Part shown: positions 43,381 to 59,319 of the stretch, piece after piece | How positions within the stretch are numbered: position 1 is the stretch's first letter | Layout: the number at the start of each line of letters is the position of its first letter | NCBI GenBank assembly: GCA_038131735.1 | Contig: JAYPPX010000001.1 | Span: 45,126-109,125 of the forward strand | Source: Hyphomicrobiales bacterium | Lineage (GTDB): Bacteria; Pseudomonadota; Alphaproteobacteria; Rhizobiales; TMED25 | Direction of reading: 5' to 3' | DNA length: 64,000 bases | The notes under the pieces: generated by a model | The model's database searches: none | What the model was told of the DNA's origin: nothing | What the model saw: the letters and a program-made list of their open reading frames with translations, nothing else | Made by a program: the position numbers and the translations under genes

Positions 43381-44373
43381 CTAACTATTATCAGATACAA
43401 GCTTTAGGTGACTAGGTCTATTTCTTGGGTGAGCCTTTTTATGAATATCGAGTAGTTCAGTCTGGTTAACTTTTGTGTAGATTTGTGTTGTAGATAGACT
43501 GGCATGGCCCAATAACTCTTGTATCGATCTCAGATCTACACCAGCTTGCAAAAGATGTGTTGCATATGAATGTCTGAGTGAATGCGGTGTAGCATTTTCT
43601 GGCAAGTTAAGATTTGAACGCATTTTTTGCATGAGTAATTGAACAATCCTTGGACTGAGCCTTTCACCTCTAACTCCAATAAACAAAGGATCATCGAACT
43701 TGTATTTTTTTGGATAAAGTTCGAGATATTTTTTTAGACCTTCTCTAACTTCTGGTAAAATAGGGACTTCTCTGTATTTATTTCCCTTACCTCTCACTCT
43801 AATTGTATCTTGCCAATCCTCGATGGGCGCATCTTTTATGTTTAATTCAAGTGCTTCAGTAATTCTTAAACCACAACCGTATAACAAAAGGAATATAGAT
43901 CTATTTCTTTCATATACCCAGTCAGGATTTTCTTTCTTAATTTCATCGTTCTCAATTAATTCTTTTGCTTGGTTGAGGGATAATGCTTTTGGAACACTAC
44001 TTGGAAGTTTAGGCATTCTTATCTGGTTTATGGAATTATTTTTTAACACATCAATTTTATTTAGAAATTCAAATAAAGATCTAATGCTAGACATGATACG
44101 AGCAATTGTTCTTGAACCATTACCATCACGTCTTTTTTTTGCCATAAAAGCTCTAAAATCTGAGGCAACCAAGGACTCTAGATTTTTAAGAGATAATGGA
44201 CCCCCAATATGTTCGATTAAGAATGAGATGAATGCATCAATATCTCTATAATATGCATCAATCGTATTTGGGGATGCTCTTTTCTCATTTTTTATAAAAT
44301 CGATCCAAGAGTTCAACGCATGATTAATCTCATCCTTAACTAGATCAATTTCATATATGTTATTCATTGACAT
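43381..44373 (-). CDS. xerC: Tyrosine recombinase XerC
   Basis: LYGCGLR..E, GKG.K.R.VP, TPHSLRHS.ATHLL, LGHASLSTTQ.Y; conserved position near priA. Confidence 0.9.
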   Translation of the reverse strand: MSMNNIYEIDLVKDEINHALNSWIDFIKNEKRASPNTIDAYYRDIDAFISFLIEHIGGPLSLKNLESLVASDFRAFMAKKRRDGNGSRTIARIMSSIRSLFEFLNKIDVLKNNSINQIRMPKLPSSVPKALSLNQAKELIENDEIKKENPDWVYERNRSIFLLLYGCGLRITEALELNIKDAPIEDWQDTIRVRGKGNKYREVPILPEVREGLKKYLELYPKKYKFDDPLFIGVRGERLSPRIVQLLMQKMRSNLNLPENATPHSLRHSYATHLLQAGVDLRSIQELLGHASLSTTQIYTKVNQTELLDIHKKAHPRNRPSHLKLVSDNS

Positions 44374-44377
44374 GTTT

Positions 44378-45034
44378 TTATCTTATTTTTTGTCCTGTTG
44401 TTTCCCAATCCTTTAAAAAATTCTCTAAACCGATATCTGTGAGGGGATGTTTTATTAAATCTTTTAATATTTTAGGAGGTATTGTAGCCACATCAGCTCC
44501 CAACATTGCAACTTGAATAACATGATTTGTATTTCTGATGGATGCAGCTAAAATTTGAGTATTTAAGTTATCGTAGTTGTCGTAGATGCTCCTGATTTGA
44601 CCAATTAACTCTACTCCATCAATTCCCGAGTCATCTAATCTTCCTATAAATGGTGAAATATAGGTTGCTCCAGCTTTTGCAGCAAGAAGGGCTTGGGATG
44701 CAGAAAAACATAACGTAACATTTGTTGGGATTTTTAAATTATAAAATTTATTGCAAGCTTCTAATCCATCCCATGTTAGTGGAATTTTGACAACAACATT
44801 AGGGGCAATGGAATGTAAAATTTTGCCTTCTTCAACCATTTCATTGGAGGTGATAGCTGTAACTTCTGCACTTACTGGGCCAGGAATTAATTTACAAATT
44901 TTTGAGATTGTCTCTTTTATATCTTTCCCAGATTTAGCAATTAGTGATGGATTCGTTGTGACTCCATCAACCATATTTGTTTTTGCTAGATCTTCTATTT
45001 CATCAATTTCAGCAGTATCAATAAAAAATTTCAT
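44378..45034 (-). CDS. tal: Transaldolase (small Fsa/TalC type)
   Basis: [46 protein letters not shown]. Confidence 0.92.
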   Translation of the reverse strand: MKFFIDTAEIDEIEDLAKTNMVDGVTTNPSLIAKSGKDIKETISKICKLIPGPVSAEVTAITSNEMVEEGKILHSIAPNVVVKIPLTWDGLEACNKFYNLKIPTNVTLCFSASQALLAAKAGATYISPFIGRLDDSGIDGVELIGQIRSIYDNYDNLNTQILAASIRNTNHVIQVAMLGADVATIPPKILKDLIKHPLTDIGLENFLKDWETTGQKIR

Positions 45035-45170
45035 CTTTTTTCCAATCATATTAAATATAGGAAGAATCTATATATATAAATGACAAGTAAATCAAATTTA
45101 CCTAGACTTACTATCGTAGGATATAATTATTATCACTTAGTTAAATATTCGAAAAAATTTATCGTAAGAA

Positions 45171-47333
45171 ATGAATAAACTCAAATTTTTGTCAGTTCTG
45201 TTACCCATAAATATTGATAGACCTTTCACTTACAGTTCCGAGGAGAAGCTGGATATAGGGACTATAGTAAAAGTTTCGTTTGGTAAGAGGGAGCTTTACG
45301 GGGTTGTCTGGGAAGCTGACAAAATCGAAAAGAAACCTGATAATATTAAAATTAAATCCATTATCGAAGTAGCAGGAGAAGGTAAAGAATATATTTTACC
45401 AATAGATATGTTGCATTTTATTAAATGGATTTCAGACTATTACTTGATGCCATTGGGGTTGGTACTAAAAGCCTCACTCAAACAACAATTTTTTCAAAAA
45501 AAATCTAGAGCAAGTTATGTTTTAAAAATCAATCCTAAACATCAATCAAAAATTACAGAAAAGCAAAAAATAGTTCTAGAAGAATTCAAGCAAAATAAAA
45601 TCATAGACAAGAGGTCATTAATTACCAAAACTGGCATATCAAATTCAATAATTTCCAGAATGATAAAGAATGAAATTTTAATTGAAGAAGAGGCACATGA
45701 AAATATAACAAAAATCAATTTAGATACGAAAATTGAATTAAATTTGGACCAACTAAAAGCCTCGAGAGTTCTTATTAAATCAATTAAAAATAACGAAGTA
45801 GTATTACTGGATGGTATTACTGGATCTGGAAAAACAGAAGTTTATCTATCAGCGGTAAATGAAATTTTACACCAAGGTGATCAGGTTTTGATACTTCTAC
45901 CTGAAATAACCCTAACTCATGACTTTGTTCATAACTTGAAGAAAAGATATAAAAATCAGATTGCTGAGTGGAATTCTAGCTTGACTGAAAACCAAAGAAG
46001 AAACATTTGGTTTGGGGTTTTGAATAAGGAGATAAAATTAATAATTGGGGCACGTTCAAGCTTATTTCTTCCTTTCAAAAAATTAGGCCTAATTATTGTT
46101 GATGAAGAGCATGATCAATCTTACAAACAAGAGGACGGTATTATTTACAATGCAAGGGATATGGCAATACTGAAATCAAAGCAATTAAATATAGCCTGCA
46201 TACTCTCAACAGCTACACCGTCAGTCGAGTCATACGATAATGTTCTGCAACATAAATTTAAAAGAACATCTTTGAAAAATAGATTTCATGGAACACAACT
46301 TCCATCCATAAAATTTATTGATATGAGGAAAGCTCATAAGATTAATGAGTCTTTCTTACCTGTTGAATTAGTTGAAGACATCAAGGCTAACTATGATCGT
46401 GGTGAACAGTCTTTATTATTTCTTAACCGAAGAGGTTATTCACCTCTTTCAATTTGCAGTAAGTGTGGGGTAAGGGTTGATTGTCCAAACTGTGATACTT
46501 GGTTAGTATTACATAAAAATAATTCTCAATATATCTGTCATAAATGTGGACACACAGAAGATACAAGTAAAGAATGCAAAAGCTGCCACTCTAAGGATAC
46601 AATAGTTCCAAGTGGAAGGGGTATTGAAAGGGTTGATGAGGAAATAGCTAGAGTATTCCCTGAAATGAAAAGAATGATATTCTCAAGTGATTATCTAAAT
46701 AATCCAATTGATATACTAAGTGCTTTAGAAAAAATAAAAAATAATGAAATTGATTTAATCATAGGTACTCAGCTGGTTTCAAAAGGTTATAATTTCCCAA
46801 ATCTCACATATGTTGGAGTCTTAGACGGTGATTTTGGTTTGGAATTATCTGATATTAGATCCGCAGAAAGAACATATCAAATATTAAATCAGGTAGCTGG
46901 CAGAGCTGGAAGAATGAAAGAGGATAGTGTCGTAAAAATTCTAACCCACATGCCAGATCATCCAATAATTCAATCAATAACAAATAATCAAAAAGAAGAT
47001 TTTTATAACACTGAACTAGCAATAAGAAAAAGTGCAGGTATGCCACCTTTTTCTAGATTGGCATCTATTATAGTAAGTTCTTCTGACAAATCATTGTTAC
47101 TTGATTATGTAAGGAGATTGGATGAACTTAAAAATACGCCTAAAGATATTGATGTTTTTGGTCCGATTGAAGCTCCCTTATCGAAATTGAGAAAAAAATA
47201 TCGAATGAGATTTTTAATCAGAAGCCCCAAAAACTCTCATATTCAATTTTATATAGAAAGATGGCTAAAAACCCTAAAAATCAACCCCAAAATTAAAGTT
47301 GTTGTTGATGTTGATCCCTACAATTTTCTCTAA
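45171..47333 (+). CDS. priA: Primosomal protein N' (replication restart helicase)
   Basis: GITGSGKT, DEEHD, SATPS, four CxxC zinc motifs, QVAGRAGR. Confidence 0.97.
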   Translation: MNKLKFLSVLLPINIDRPFTYSSEEKLDIGTIVKVSFGKRELYGVVWEADKIEKKPDNIKIKSIIEVAGEGKEYILPIDMLHFIKWISDYYLMPLGLVLKASLKQQFFQKKSRASYVLKINPKHQSKITEKQKIVLEEFKQNKIIDKRSLITKTGISNSIISRMIKNEILIEEEAHENITKINLDTKIELNLDQLKASRVLIKSIKNNEVVLLDGITGSGKTEVYLSAVNEILHQGDQVLILLPEITLTHDFVHNLKKRYKNQIAEWNSSLTENQRRNIWFGVLNKEIKLIIGARSSLFLPFKKLGLIIVDEEHDQSYKQEDGIIYNARDMAILKSKQLNIACILSTATPSVESYDNVLQHKFKRTSLKNRFHGTQLPSIKFIDMRKAHKINESFLPVELVEDIKANYDRGEQSLLFLNRRGYSPLSICSKCGVRVDCPNCDTWLVLHKNNSQYICHKCGHTEDTSKECKSCHSKDTIVPSGRGIERVDEEIARVFPEMKRMIFSSDYLNNPIDILSALEKIKNNEIDLIIGTQLVSKGYNFPNLTYVGVLDGDFGLELSDIRSAERTYQILNQVAGRAGRMKEDSVVKILTHMPDHPIIQSITNNQKEDFYNTELAIRKSAGMPPFSRLASIIVSSSDKSLLLDYVRRLDELKNTPKDIDVFGPIEAPLSKLRKKYRMRFLIRSPKNSHIQFYIERWLKTLKINPKIKVVVDVDPYNFL

Positions 47334-47497
47334 ATAATTTAAATTTGTAAATAAGTGGCTCTTTTGTTGAAATATATAGAGATTTTATTGCACATAATGT
47401 TTAGCTGTGATAAGGAATATATGTTTTCTGATAAATTATTTTAGCTTTAAACTAAATCGTCAAAACAAACAGTATTTATACAAGGTAATAATCTCAA

Positions 47498-48055
47498 ATG
47501 TCACAAGAAACGTCTATATCAGAAGTGGCTAAAAGATATGCAAGAGCAACATACGAACTAGCAAACACTGATGGAGTAACATCCCAAGTTTCAGATGATT
47601 TAATTTCACTTAAAGATTTAATAATTGACAATAAAAGTCTATTGAACCTTATTTCTAGCCCAACATTTACATCTCAAGAGCAGTCAGCAGTTTTTGATGG
47701 TATATTCAAAAAACAAAAAATATCCAAAATCGTACAAAATCTCACAAACGTTCTTATAAGAAACAGAAGGTTAAATGCTCTTATTTCTGTAGCACATGCA
47801 TTTGAACTGATTATGAAAGAAAATAGTGGTGAAATCTTGGCAGAAGTGACCGCAGTGAGTGAATTAAGCAAAGATCAACTAAACCAAATAAAAGATAATC
47901 TTAAAAAGATGACAGGTAAGGAAGTCCAACTTGAAACAAATATTGAGCCAAATATACTTGGGGGAATAAAAGTTAAAATCGGATCACAGATGATTGATGC
48001 GTCTGTTTCGACTAAATTGAATAATCTAAAAATTCTAATGAAAGGTGCAAACTAA
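47498..48055 (+). CDS. atpH: ATP synthase delta subunit
   Basis: AKRYA.A, P.ILGG..V.IGS.MIDAS; first gene of the F1 operon. Confidence 0.95.
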   Translation: MSQETSISEVAKRYARATYELANTDGVTSQVSDDLISLKDLIIDNKSLLNLISSPTFTSQEQSAVFDGIFKKQKISKIVQNLTNVLIRNRRLNALISVAHAFELIMKENSGEILAEVTAVSELSKDQLNQIKDNLKKMTGKEVQLETNIEPNILGGIKVKIGSQMIDASVSTKLNNLKILMKGAN

Positions 48056-49590
48056 TGGATCTAAAAGCTGCAGAAATTTCTGCAATACTAAAGGAGCAAA
48101 TAAAAAACTTTGATGCTAATGCAGAAGTATCTGAAGTTGGACAGGTTTTATCAGTGGGTGATGGTATCGCCAGAGTATACGGACTTGATAATGTTCAGGC
48201 AGGGGAAATGGTTGAATTTGCCAACGGAATAAAAGGCATGGCATTGAACCTTGAAATGGATAATGTTGGTATTGTGATATTTGGTGATGACAAAGATATT
48301 CATGAAGGCGATGTTGTTAAAAGAACCGGTGATATTGTTGAGGTTCCTGTTGGTAAGGAATTATTAGGAAGAGTTGTAGATGCTCTTGGTAACCCAATTG
48401 ACGGTAAGGGTCCGATTAAAGCAAAACAAAATGGAAGGGTAGATATCAAAGCACCTGGTATTATGCCTCGTAAATCTGTTCATGAACCTATGCAAACCGG
48501 TCTCAAAGCCATTGACGCTCTTATCCCGATAGGTAGAGGGCAAAGAGAGCTTATAATTGGAGACAGACAAACAGGTAAAACTGCGATCGCTCTTGATACT
48601 ATTTTGAATCAAAAGTCTGTCAATGAGACAGATGATGAAAGCGCAAAATTGTATTGTGTGTATGTTGCTATCGGACAAAAAAGATCGTCAGTAGCTCAGC
48701 TTGTTAAGATCCTTGAGGATAACGGCGCACTTGAGTACTCAATTGTTGTTGCTGCAACTGCCTCAGATCCTGCTCCCCTTCAATATTTGGCGCCATTTAC
48801 TGGCTGTACAATGGGCGAGTATTTTAGAGATAATGGTATGCATTCATTAATCGTCTATGATGATCTATCTAAACAAGCTGTTGCATACAGGCAAATGTCA
48901 CTGCTACTTAGAAGACCTCCCGGGCGTGAAGCTTATCCTGGGGACGTATTCTATCTTCATTCAAGGCTTCTTGAAAGAGCGGCAAAACTTAACGAAGATA
49001 ATGGTTCAGGTTCTCTAACTGCACTTCCAGTTATTGAAACACAGGCTAATGACGTTTCCGCATTTATTCCTACAAACGTTATTTCTATCACAGATGGACA
49101 GATCTTCCTTGAAACAGATTTATTTTATCAAGGTATTAGACCGGCTGTGAACGTTGGTCTATCTGTTAGTCGTGTGGGATCCTCAGCACAAATTAAAGCT
49201 ATGAAACAAGTTGCAGGAAAAATTAAAGGTGAGCTAGCACAATATCGTGAAATGGCTGCATTTGCTCAATTTGGTTCAGATCTTGATGCTACAACACAAA
49301 GATTGCTTGCACGTGGTGAACGTTTGACCGAATTGCTTAAACAATCACAATTCAGCCCACTAAGGGTTGAAGAGCAGGTTTGTTCAATATATGCAGCTGT
49401 TAATGGGTATTTAGATAGTATTAGTGTTAACCGAATATCTGCATATGAAAAAGGCTTACTTGAGTTAATGAATACCACTAATAAAGCTGTTTTAGAAACA
49501 ATTGCTAAAGAGCAACAAGTTTCCGATAAAACAGAAGAAAAACTCAAGACTATTATTGATAACTACACTTCATCTTTCGCAGCGGAGTAA
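48055..49590 (+). CDS. atpA: ATP synthase alpha subunit
   Basis: [31 protein letters not shown]. Confidence 0.99.
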   Translation: MDLKAAEISAILKEQIKNFDANAEVSEVGQVLSVGDGIARVYGLDNVQAGEMVEFANGIKGMALNLEMDNVGIVIFGDDKDIHEGDVVKRTGDIVEVPVGKELLGRVVDALGNPIDGKGPIKAKQNGRVDIKAPGIMPRKSVHEPMQTGLKAIDALIPIGRGQRELIIGDRQTGKTAIALDTILNQKSVNETDDESAKLYCVYVAIGQKRSSVAQLVKILEDNGALEYSIVVAATASDPAPLQYLAPFTGCTMGEYFRDNGMHSLIVYDDLSKQAVAYRQMSLLLRRPPGREAYPGDVFYLHSRLLERAAKLNEDNGSGSLTALPVIETQANDVSAFIPTNVISITDGQIFLETDLFYQGIRPAVNVGLSVSRVGSSAQIKAMKQVAGKIKGELAQYREMAAFAQFGSDLDATTQRLLARGERLTELLKQSQFSPLRVEEQVCSIYAAVNGYLDSISVNRISAYEKGLLELMNTTNKAVLETIAKEQQVSDKTEEKLKTIIDNYTSSFAAE

Positions 49591-49594
49591 GTAA

Positions 49595-51927
<2,333 letters not shown>

Positions 51928-51942
51928 AAGCCAGGACTGAGT

Positions 51943-52341
51943 ATGGATAAATTTAAATTAGAATTTGTTACACCAGAAAAATCACTGCTCTCGAGTGAAG
52001 TTGAACAAGTGATTATTCCTGGATCTGAAGGTGAATTTACAATTTTAGCGGACCATTCACCTATGATTTCATCTCTTAAGCCTGGTTTGATTAGGATATA
52101 TGAAGACTCTTCTTCAGAAGCCATTACATATTTTGTCACTGATGGTTTTATAGATATGGCTTCAAATAATTTAACCATCTTAGCTCAAAGTGTTATTGAA
52201 AAGAGTGAAATAACAAGTGAGAAGTTGAATGAAATTATTGAATCTTTCCAAAAGGAAGTCGACTCAACTGAAAATTTGGATAGAAAAAATAGATTCAATT
52301 TAAAAATTGATAACGTTCGTGCTGTTCAAGATCAAATCTAA
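51943..52341 (+). CDS. atpC: ATP synthase epsilon subunit
   Basis: VTPE, PG.EGEF.IL..H.P..S.L.PG. Confidence 0.95.
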   Translation: MDKFKLEFVTPEKSLLSSEVEQVIIPGSEGEFTILADHSPMISSLKPGLIRIYEDSSSEAITYFVTDGFIDMASNNLTILAQSVIEKSEITSEKLNEIIESFQKEVDSTENLDRKNRFNLKIDNVRAVQDQI

Positions 52342-52838
52342 TTTATAAATATATTATAGTCTTTAAATTCTTCTAATACTTTCAGATAGGTCTCTTTTTT
52401 AAAGTCTATCACTTGATCGACTATATTCTCTCTTATTTCCCATTTCCATTCTGAGAATTCTTGATGCAATTCGCTGTTGTTTTCAGGGATTAGATTAATA
52501 TCGTCATCATCACCATCGTGAAACAGTAAGAACCATTTCTGTCTTTGCCCGATATATTTACCTTTGACTTTTTCATACATTGCACTAGGTATATCGTAAT
52601 AATACCAATGATCAGACATACATATTTTTTTTAAATTTTTTATACCTGTTTCTTCAAATACTTCACGGTATACGGCCTCTTCAGGTGTTTCACCTGGATC
52701 AATTCCACCTTGCGGCATTTGCCATAATAACTTTGCGTCGGGATGGGTAATATTTGTTCTTTTACCTAACCACACTCTATTATCTTCGTTAATAATCATA
52801 GCACCAACACAAGGTCTATATAATTCATCATCCTTCAT
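52338..52838 (-). CDS. rppH: RNA pyrophosphohydrolase (Nudix)
   Basis: YRPCVG, WQMPQGGID.GE....A..RE..EETG, GQRQKWF. Confidence 0.95.
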   Translation of the reverse strand: MKDDELYRPCVGAMIINEDNRVWLGKRTNITHPDAKLLWQMPQGGIDPGETPEEAVYREVFEETGIKNLKKICMSDHWYYYDIPSAMYEKVKGKYIGQRQKWFLLFHDGDDDDINLIPENNSELHQEFSEWKWEIRENIVDQVIDFKKETYLKVLEEFKDYNIFIN

Positions 52839-54037
52839 TAATTCACGTCCGTTTGGCGGTTGTATCTCCCGTTTATGAGTTTTTCAGCATAAATTAACTG
52901 TAAATCCTCAGCATCTGGATTTGTTATATCAATCTCAATCAGATACGTTGGTTCAATACCAATTTTATCTATGGATATATCATTCGGGGTATAATATTTT
53001 GCTGTTGTCATGCGAACCGCTCCATCGCCATGACCTAGTGGTATAATTGTTTGAACAGAGCCTTTTCCATAAGTTTTTGTTCCAACGACTGTACCTCTTT
53101 TATTATCTCCAATTGCACCAGCAAATATTTCAGAGGCTGAAGCTGAACCACCGTTTGTTAGTATAATAAGTTCTGCTCCATTAATGATGTCACCTTTCTT
53201 AGCAAAATATCTCTGTTTGCGAAGTTGGTTTCTAGATTTTGTTGATACAATTTCACCTTTATCTAGGAAAAGATCAGTTACTTTGATTGCTTGATCTAAT
53301 AGACCACCTGGATTATTTCTAACATCAACTATATAACCCTTCGTCTTATTATTAGTTTCTCGATTTATATTCCGAATTGCATCAACAATTTTTTTATCTG
53401 CAATTTCACTAAAAGTTGAAATTCTAATGTAGCCAATATCATTTTCTAAAACCTCGTACTTGACAGGTGTTATTTGAATAATTTCCCTTATAATTTTAAC
53501 ATCGAAAGGCGCGTCTGACCCTTCTCTAAATATGGTGAGAGTGATAGGTGTGTTTGCTAAACCGCGCATGCGATCTACAGCATCATTTAGGGTCATTCCA
53601 TAGACATCTTCACCATCAATTCCTGTGATATAATCTCCTGATTGTAACCCTGCTCTTGCCCCAGGAGTATCATCAATCGGTGACACAATTCTGACGAATC
53701 CATTCTCATCGAGTGTTACTTCCAGACCAAGCCCTCCATAAAAGCCACGGGTGTCAACTTCCATTTCTTGGAAATCGTCCTCAGTCATATATGTTGAATA
53801 TGGATCGAGGGAGTTTAACATCCCTTTTAATGCAGAGTCCATTAATTCATTTTTATCAACTTCTTCAACATATTTATCTTCAACTTCTCCAAAAACACGC
53901 AGGAATAATTTAAACAGTTCTAAGTCTTCCTCATGGTTATTTGCATAAGTTGATGCAGGAGTTAGTAGTATTGATAAAGCCATAAGGATAGCAATGAATA
54001 ATTTATTTATTTGTTTGTTTTGCTGATAAATTATCAT
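52838..54037 (-). CDS. ctpA: S41 family carboxy-terminal processing protease
   Basis: Signal/TM, LDPYS, PDZ GLG, D.RNNPGG, SASASEI, TYGKGSVQ, YYTP. Confidence 0.93.
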   Translation of the reverse strand: MIIYQQNKQINKLFIAILMALSILLTPASTYANNHEEDLELFKLFLRVFGEVEDKYVEEVDKNELMDSALKGMLNSLDPYSTYMTEDDFQEMEVDTRGFYGGLGLEVTLDENGFVRIVSPIDDTPGARAGLQSGDYITGIDGEDVYGMTLNDAVDRMRGLANTPITLTIFREGSDAPFDVKIIREIIQITPVKYEVLENDIGYIRISTFSEIADKKIVDAIRNINRETNNKTKGYIVDVRNNPGGLLDQAIKVTDLFLDKGEIVSTKSRNQLRKQRYFAKKGDIINGAELIILTNGGSASASEIFAGAIGDNKRGTVVGTKTYGKGSVQTIIPLGHGDGAVRMTTAKYYTPNDISIDKIGIEPTYLIEIDITNPDAEDLQLIYAEKLINGRYNRQTDVN

Positions 54038-54044
54038 GATAGTT

Positions 54045-54530
54045 TTATTCTCTATGGTATGGATGATTTATTAATATTGTAAGCGACCTGAAAATTTGTT
54101 CAAGTAATAAGACTCTCGCTAATAAATGAGGTAAGGTCATACTGCTCAATGAAATCTTTTCAGTTATTATTTCTGAGAAAAGATCAGACGCACCATCTGG
54201 CCCACCTATAATAAAATTTAGTTCATTCTTTGATCCTTGAGTATATTTTTCTATCATCAATTTCATATCCATTGTTGACAATGACTTGCCATGTTCATCT
54301 AGGAGAATATTGACCGAATTATCGATAGTGATTTTATTTTTAATAAGTTCAAATTCTTTTTGCTTTCGAAGCTCAGTATTTTTGTCAGCTGACTTATTAA
54401 ATTCACTTACAGTGAAGTCAGTGATACCTGTTTGTTTTGATATGGATTGGATACTTTTTATGTAATGGTTAGAAATAGTTTCATAGGGACTTTTTGATAT
54501 TTTCCCAATGGAGAGGATTTTCAGTTTCAA
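54045..54530 (-). CDS. rlmH: 23S rRNA (pseudouridine-1915-N3)-methyltransferase
   Basis: LDE.G, FIIGGPDG, MTLPH...R..L.EQ..R...HPYHR. Confidence 0.95.
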   Translation of the reverse strand: MKLKILSIGKISKSPYETISNHYIKSIQSISKQTGITDFTVSEFNKSADKNTELRKQKEFELIKNKITIDNSVNILLDEHGKSLSTMDMKLMIEKYTQGSKNELNFIIGGPDGASDLFSEIITEKISLSSMTLPHLLARVLLLEQIFRSLTILINHPYHRE

Positions 54531-54534
54531 TCTC

Positions 54535-54888
54535 TTAGCCTAAACTCTGTTCTTTACCTACTATTAGGTTTTCAGACCAAATTTTTTCTATCATATAAAA
54601 TTCTCGGACTTCAGGTTTAAAGATATTAACTATTACATCTAATGCATCAATTAGAACCCAGTCACAATTTTGTAAACCTTCTACTTGGATATTTTTGTAA
54701 GAATTACTTTTAAGAGTTCTTTGGATTTTATCTGCTATTGAACTCACATGTCTGGAAGATGTTCCACTTGCGACAACCATATAATCAGCTATTGAACTTT
54801 TATTTCTAATATCGAGGACTACAGTGTCCTGTGCTTTCATCTCGTCTAAACAGTCACTGATTATACTTATTAGTTTCTTTTTTGGCAT
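54535..54888 (-). CDS. rsfS: Ribosome silencing factor (Iojap)
   Basis: KA.D, ASGTS.RHV, EG....DWVLID, R.FY..EK.W. Confidence 0.95.
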   Translation of the reverse strand: MPKKKLISIISDCLDEMKAQDTVVLDIRNKSSIADYMVVASGTSSRHVSSIADKIQRTLKSNSYKNIQVEGLQNCDWVLIDALDVIVNIFKPEVREFYMIEKIWSENLIVGKEQSLG

Positions 54889-54892
54889 ATTT

Positions 54893-55522
54893 TTATTTTA
54901 CCCCAGAGTTTCTCAATTGAGAAGAAGATTGATCATTTAATTTACTGTGTAAAAAAACCCAAGCAGGCTTTTTTTTATCGGCAAGATTTTGTGCATCAGC
55001 TTCGTCAACTCGATATTTTCGATATTTATTCGCAAAGAGGGATGACGTTACATCTAAGGATGAGCTAGGCCTATCAATTATTGCTATTGGAACTGTTTGG
55101 GCAAGTTTGTCCCACTCTCTCCACCTGTGAAAGTCTTTAAGATTATCAGCACCCATTATCCAGATAAATTTAGTCCCGAAGTATCGAGTATTTAAGTACT
55201 CTACTGTCCCAATTGTGTATTTTATTTGTGCATCCTTTTCTAATTTACTTATAGAAATATGGTTTGTATCAATAACTTTTTCTGCAGAAGATACCCGCTC
55301 TTCAAAATCGTATAAAATATCATATTTTTTAAGAGGGTTTCTTGGACTTATGATCCACCAAACCACATCTAAGTTTAGCCTTTGCAAAGCAATCTTACTT
55401 ATGCTGAGATGACCCTCATGAGCTGGGTTAAAAGAGCCACCTAATATCCCTATTTTTTGGTTTGGGGACACGCTTTCCCTATCACCAATAATCCATTTTG
55501 ATATTTTTGGAGTGCTGTTCAT
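54893..55522 (-). CDS. nadD: Nicotinate-nucleotide adenylyltransferase
   Basis: GGSFNPAHEGH, WIMGADNL..FHRW, SSS.LR. Confidence 0.93.
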   Translation of the reverse strand: MNSTPKISKWIIGDRESVSPNQKIGILGGSFNPAHEGHLSISKIALQRLNLDVVWWIISPRNPLKKYDILYDFEERVSSAEKVIDTNHISISKLEKDAQIKYTIGTVEYLNTRYFGTKFIWIMGADNLKDFHRWREWDKLAQTVPIAIIDRPSSSLDVTSSLFANKYRKYRVDEADAQNLADKKKPAWVFLHSKLNDQSSSQLRNSGVK

Positions 55523-55530
55523 ATATTTAT

Positions 55531-56796
55531 TTAAGGCCTGGTTTGTCCATTGCCATATACGGTATATTTAAATGTAGTTAGTTGCTCTAGCCCAATTGGT
55601 CCTCTTGCATGCATTCTACCTGTAGATATACCAATTTCAGCGCCGAAACCAAATTCTCCTCCATCTGCAAATTGTGTAGATGCATTTAATAATATTATTG
55701 AACTATCAACATGTTTGAAAAAATATTCTGCTGAAGTTTCATTTTCTGTAATTATTGCTTCCGTATGCCCAGTTCCATATTTTTTTATATGAGAAATTGC
55801 CTCATCAATATCTGCTACAACTTTTACCGAAATAATTGCATCAAGATACTCGGTCGACCAGTCTTCTTCTGAGATTTCTTTTGCATCGGCAAATACACTA
55901 TTAACATCTAGGTCTCCTCTGATTTCACAACCTAGGCTATTAAGTTTTGCTAGGATCTTTGGTAAGTAATCTTTATATATTGACTTATCTATCAGCAACG
56001 TTTCTGCAGCACCACAAATTGATGTTCGTCTCATCTTGGCATTGGCAGTGACTTCTATTGCTTTCTCAATATCAGCATCTTCATTAACATAAACATGACA
56101 GATACCTTCTAAGTGTCCAAATACAGGTACTTTTGCTTCATTTTGAACTCTAGAAACAAGACTTTTTCCTCCTCTTGGAACTATAACATCTATATTAGAG
56201 TCTAATCCACCAAGCATTAACCCTACAGCTTCCCTATCTTTTGTTGGAACAAATTGAATTGAATTATCATCAAGGGAAGTTGTTTTTAGTCCATTTTTAA
56301 TTGACTCGTATATAGCAAAACTTGAGTGGAAACTATCAGAACCACTTCTTAGTATAGATGCATTACCAGATTTTAGGCACAAGCTTGCTGCATCTGCAGT
56401 AACATTAGGTCTTGCTTCATAAATTATCCCGATAACTCCAATTGGTATACTCACTCTTTTTATATGGAGTCCATTTGGTCTATCCCAGCTATCTAATATT
56501 CGTCCAACTGGGTCATTTAGCTTTGCAACGCTGCGTATACTTGAGGCAATATTTTTAATACCTGTTTCATTTAGAGATAATCTATCGATCATTGCACTCG
56601 AAATATCATTAGATTTGGCTATCTCAATATCTTTCTTATTTTCTAATAAGATCTTGGCTCGATCTTTCTCTATCTGATCAGCCATAGAATTTAGTGCATC
56701 ATTTTTTTCTTCATTTGATGCTGTTGATAGTCTAGCGTTAGCTACTTTTGCCTTTACGCCAATGTCATTCATTATTTCAGTAATATTTTGTGTCAT
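55531..56796 (-). CDS. proA: Gamma-glutamyl phosphate reductase
   Basis: P.GVIGIIYEARP, PRGG, CGAAET, NAST.FADG.EFG.GAEIGIST...HARGP. Confidence 0.98.
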   Translation of the reverse strand: MTQNITEIMNDIGVKAKVANARLSTASNEEKNDALNSMADQIEKDRAKILLENKKDIEIAKSNDISSAMIDRLSLNETGIKNIASSIRSVAKLNDPVGRILDSWDRPNGLHIKRVSIPIGVIGIIYEARPNVTADAASLCLKSGNASILRSGSDSFHSSFAIYESIKNGLKTTSLDDNSIQFVPTKDREAVGLMLGGLDSNIDVIVPRGGKSLVSRVQNEAKVPVFGHLEGICHVYVNEDADIEKAIEVTANAKMRRTSICGAAETLLIDKSIYKDYLPKILAKLNSLGCEIRGDLDVNSVFADAKEISEEDWSTEYLDAIISVKVVADIDEAISHIKKYGTGHTEAIITENETSAEYFFKHVDSSIILLNASTQFADGGEFGFGAEIGISTGRMHARGPIGLEQLTTFKYTVYGNGQTRP

Positions 56797-56798
56797 TA

Positions 56799-58951
<2,153 letters not shown>

Positions 58952-59022
58952 CTACCATTATTTGGAGATAACGGTATCAAATCAAATTAATTGTAATAAG
59001 GATTTTAAAAAAGAGTCTGTGT

Positions 59023-59280
59023 TTAGTTTGCTTCAATAACACTAATGGTTCTTCGACCATTTCTCTTATCTGTGAATTTCACAGCGCCGGATTTAGTTGC
59101 GAATATTGTATGATCTTTTCCGATACCTACATTTTCGCCGGGGTGCCATGTAGTTCCTCTTTGTCTTATAATAATATTACCAGGAATCACTTGTTCGCCA
59201 CCGAACTTCTTTACACCTAATCTTCTACCAGCTGAGTCGCGTCCGTTCTTAGATGATCCGCCTGCTTTTTTATGTGCCAT
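59023..59280 (-). CDS. rpmA: 50S ribosomal protein L27
   Basis: [27 protein letters not shown]. Confidence 0.99.
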   Translation of the reverse strand: MAHKKAGGSSKNGRDSAGRRLGVKKFGGEQVIPGNIIIRQRGTTWHPGENVGIGKDHTIFATKSGAVKFTDKRNGRRTISVIEAN

Positions 59281-59319
59281 GATTTCCTCTTTTTAATATT
59301 TTTATATTTATACTATCAA

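Noticed and set aside
43381-44373. Phage or island integrase
   Set aside because: Sequence and position (near tal, priA and atpH) fit housekeeping XerC; no att repeats, tRNA or cargo.
47387-47414. Second dif-like match (TGCACATAA-TGTTTA)
   Set aside because: The XerD arm does not match; more likely part of the atp promoter region.
47422-47467. Hairpin in the atpH leader
   Set aside because: Short, almost purely AU stems with large bulges, expected by chance at this base composition.
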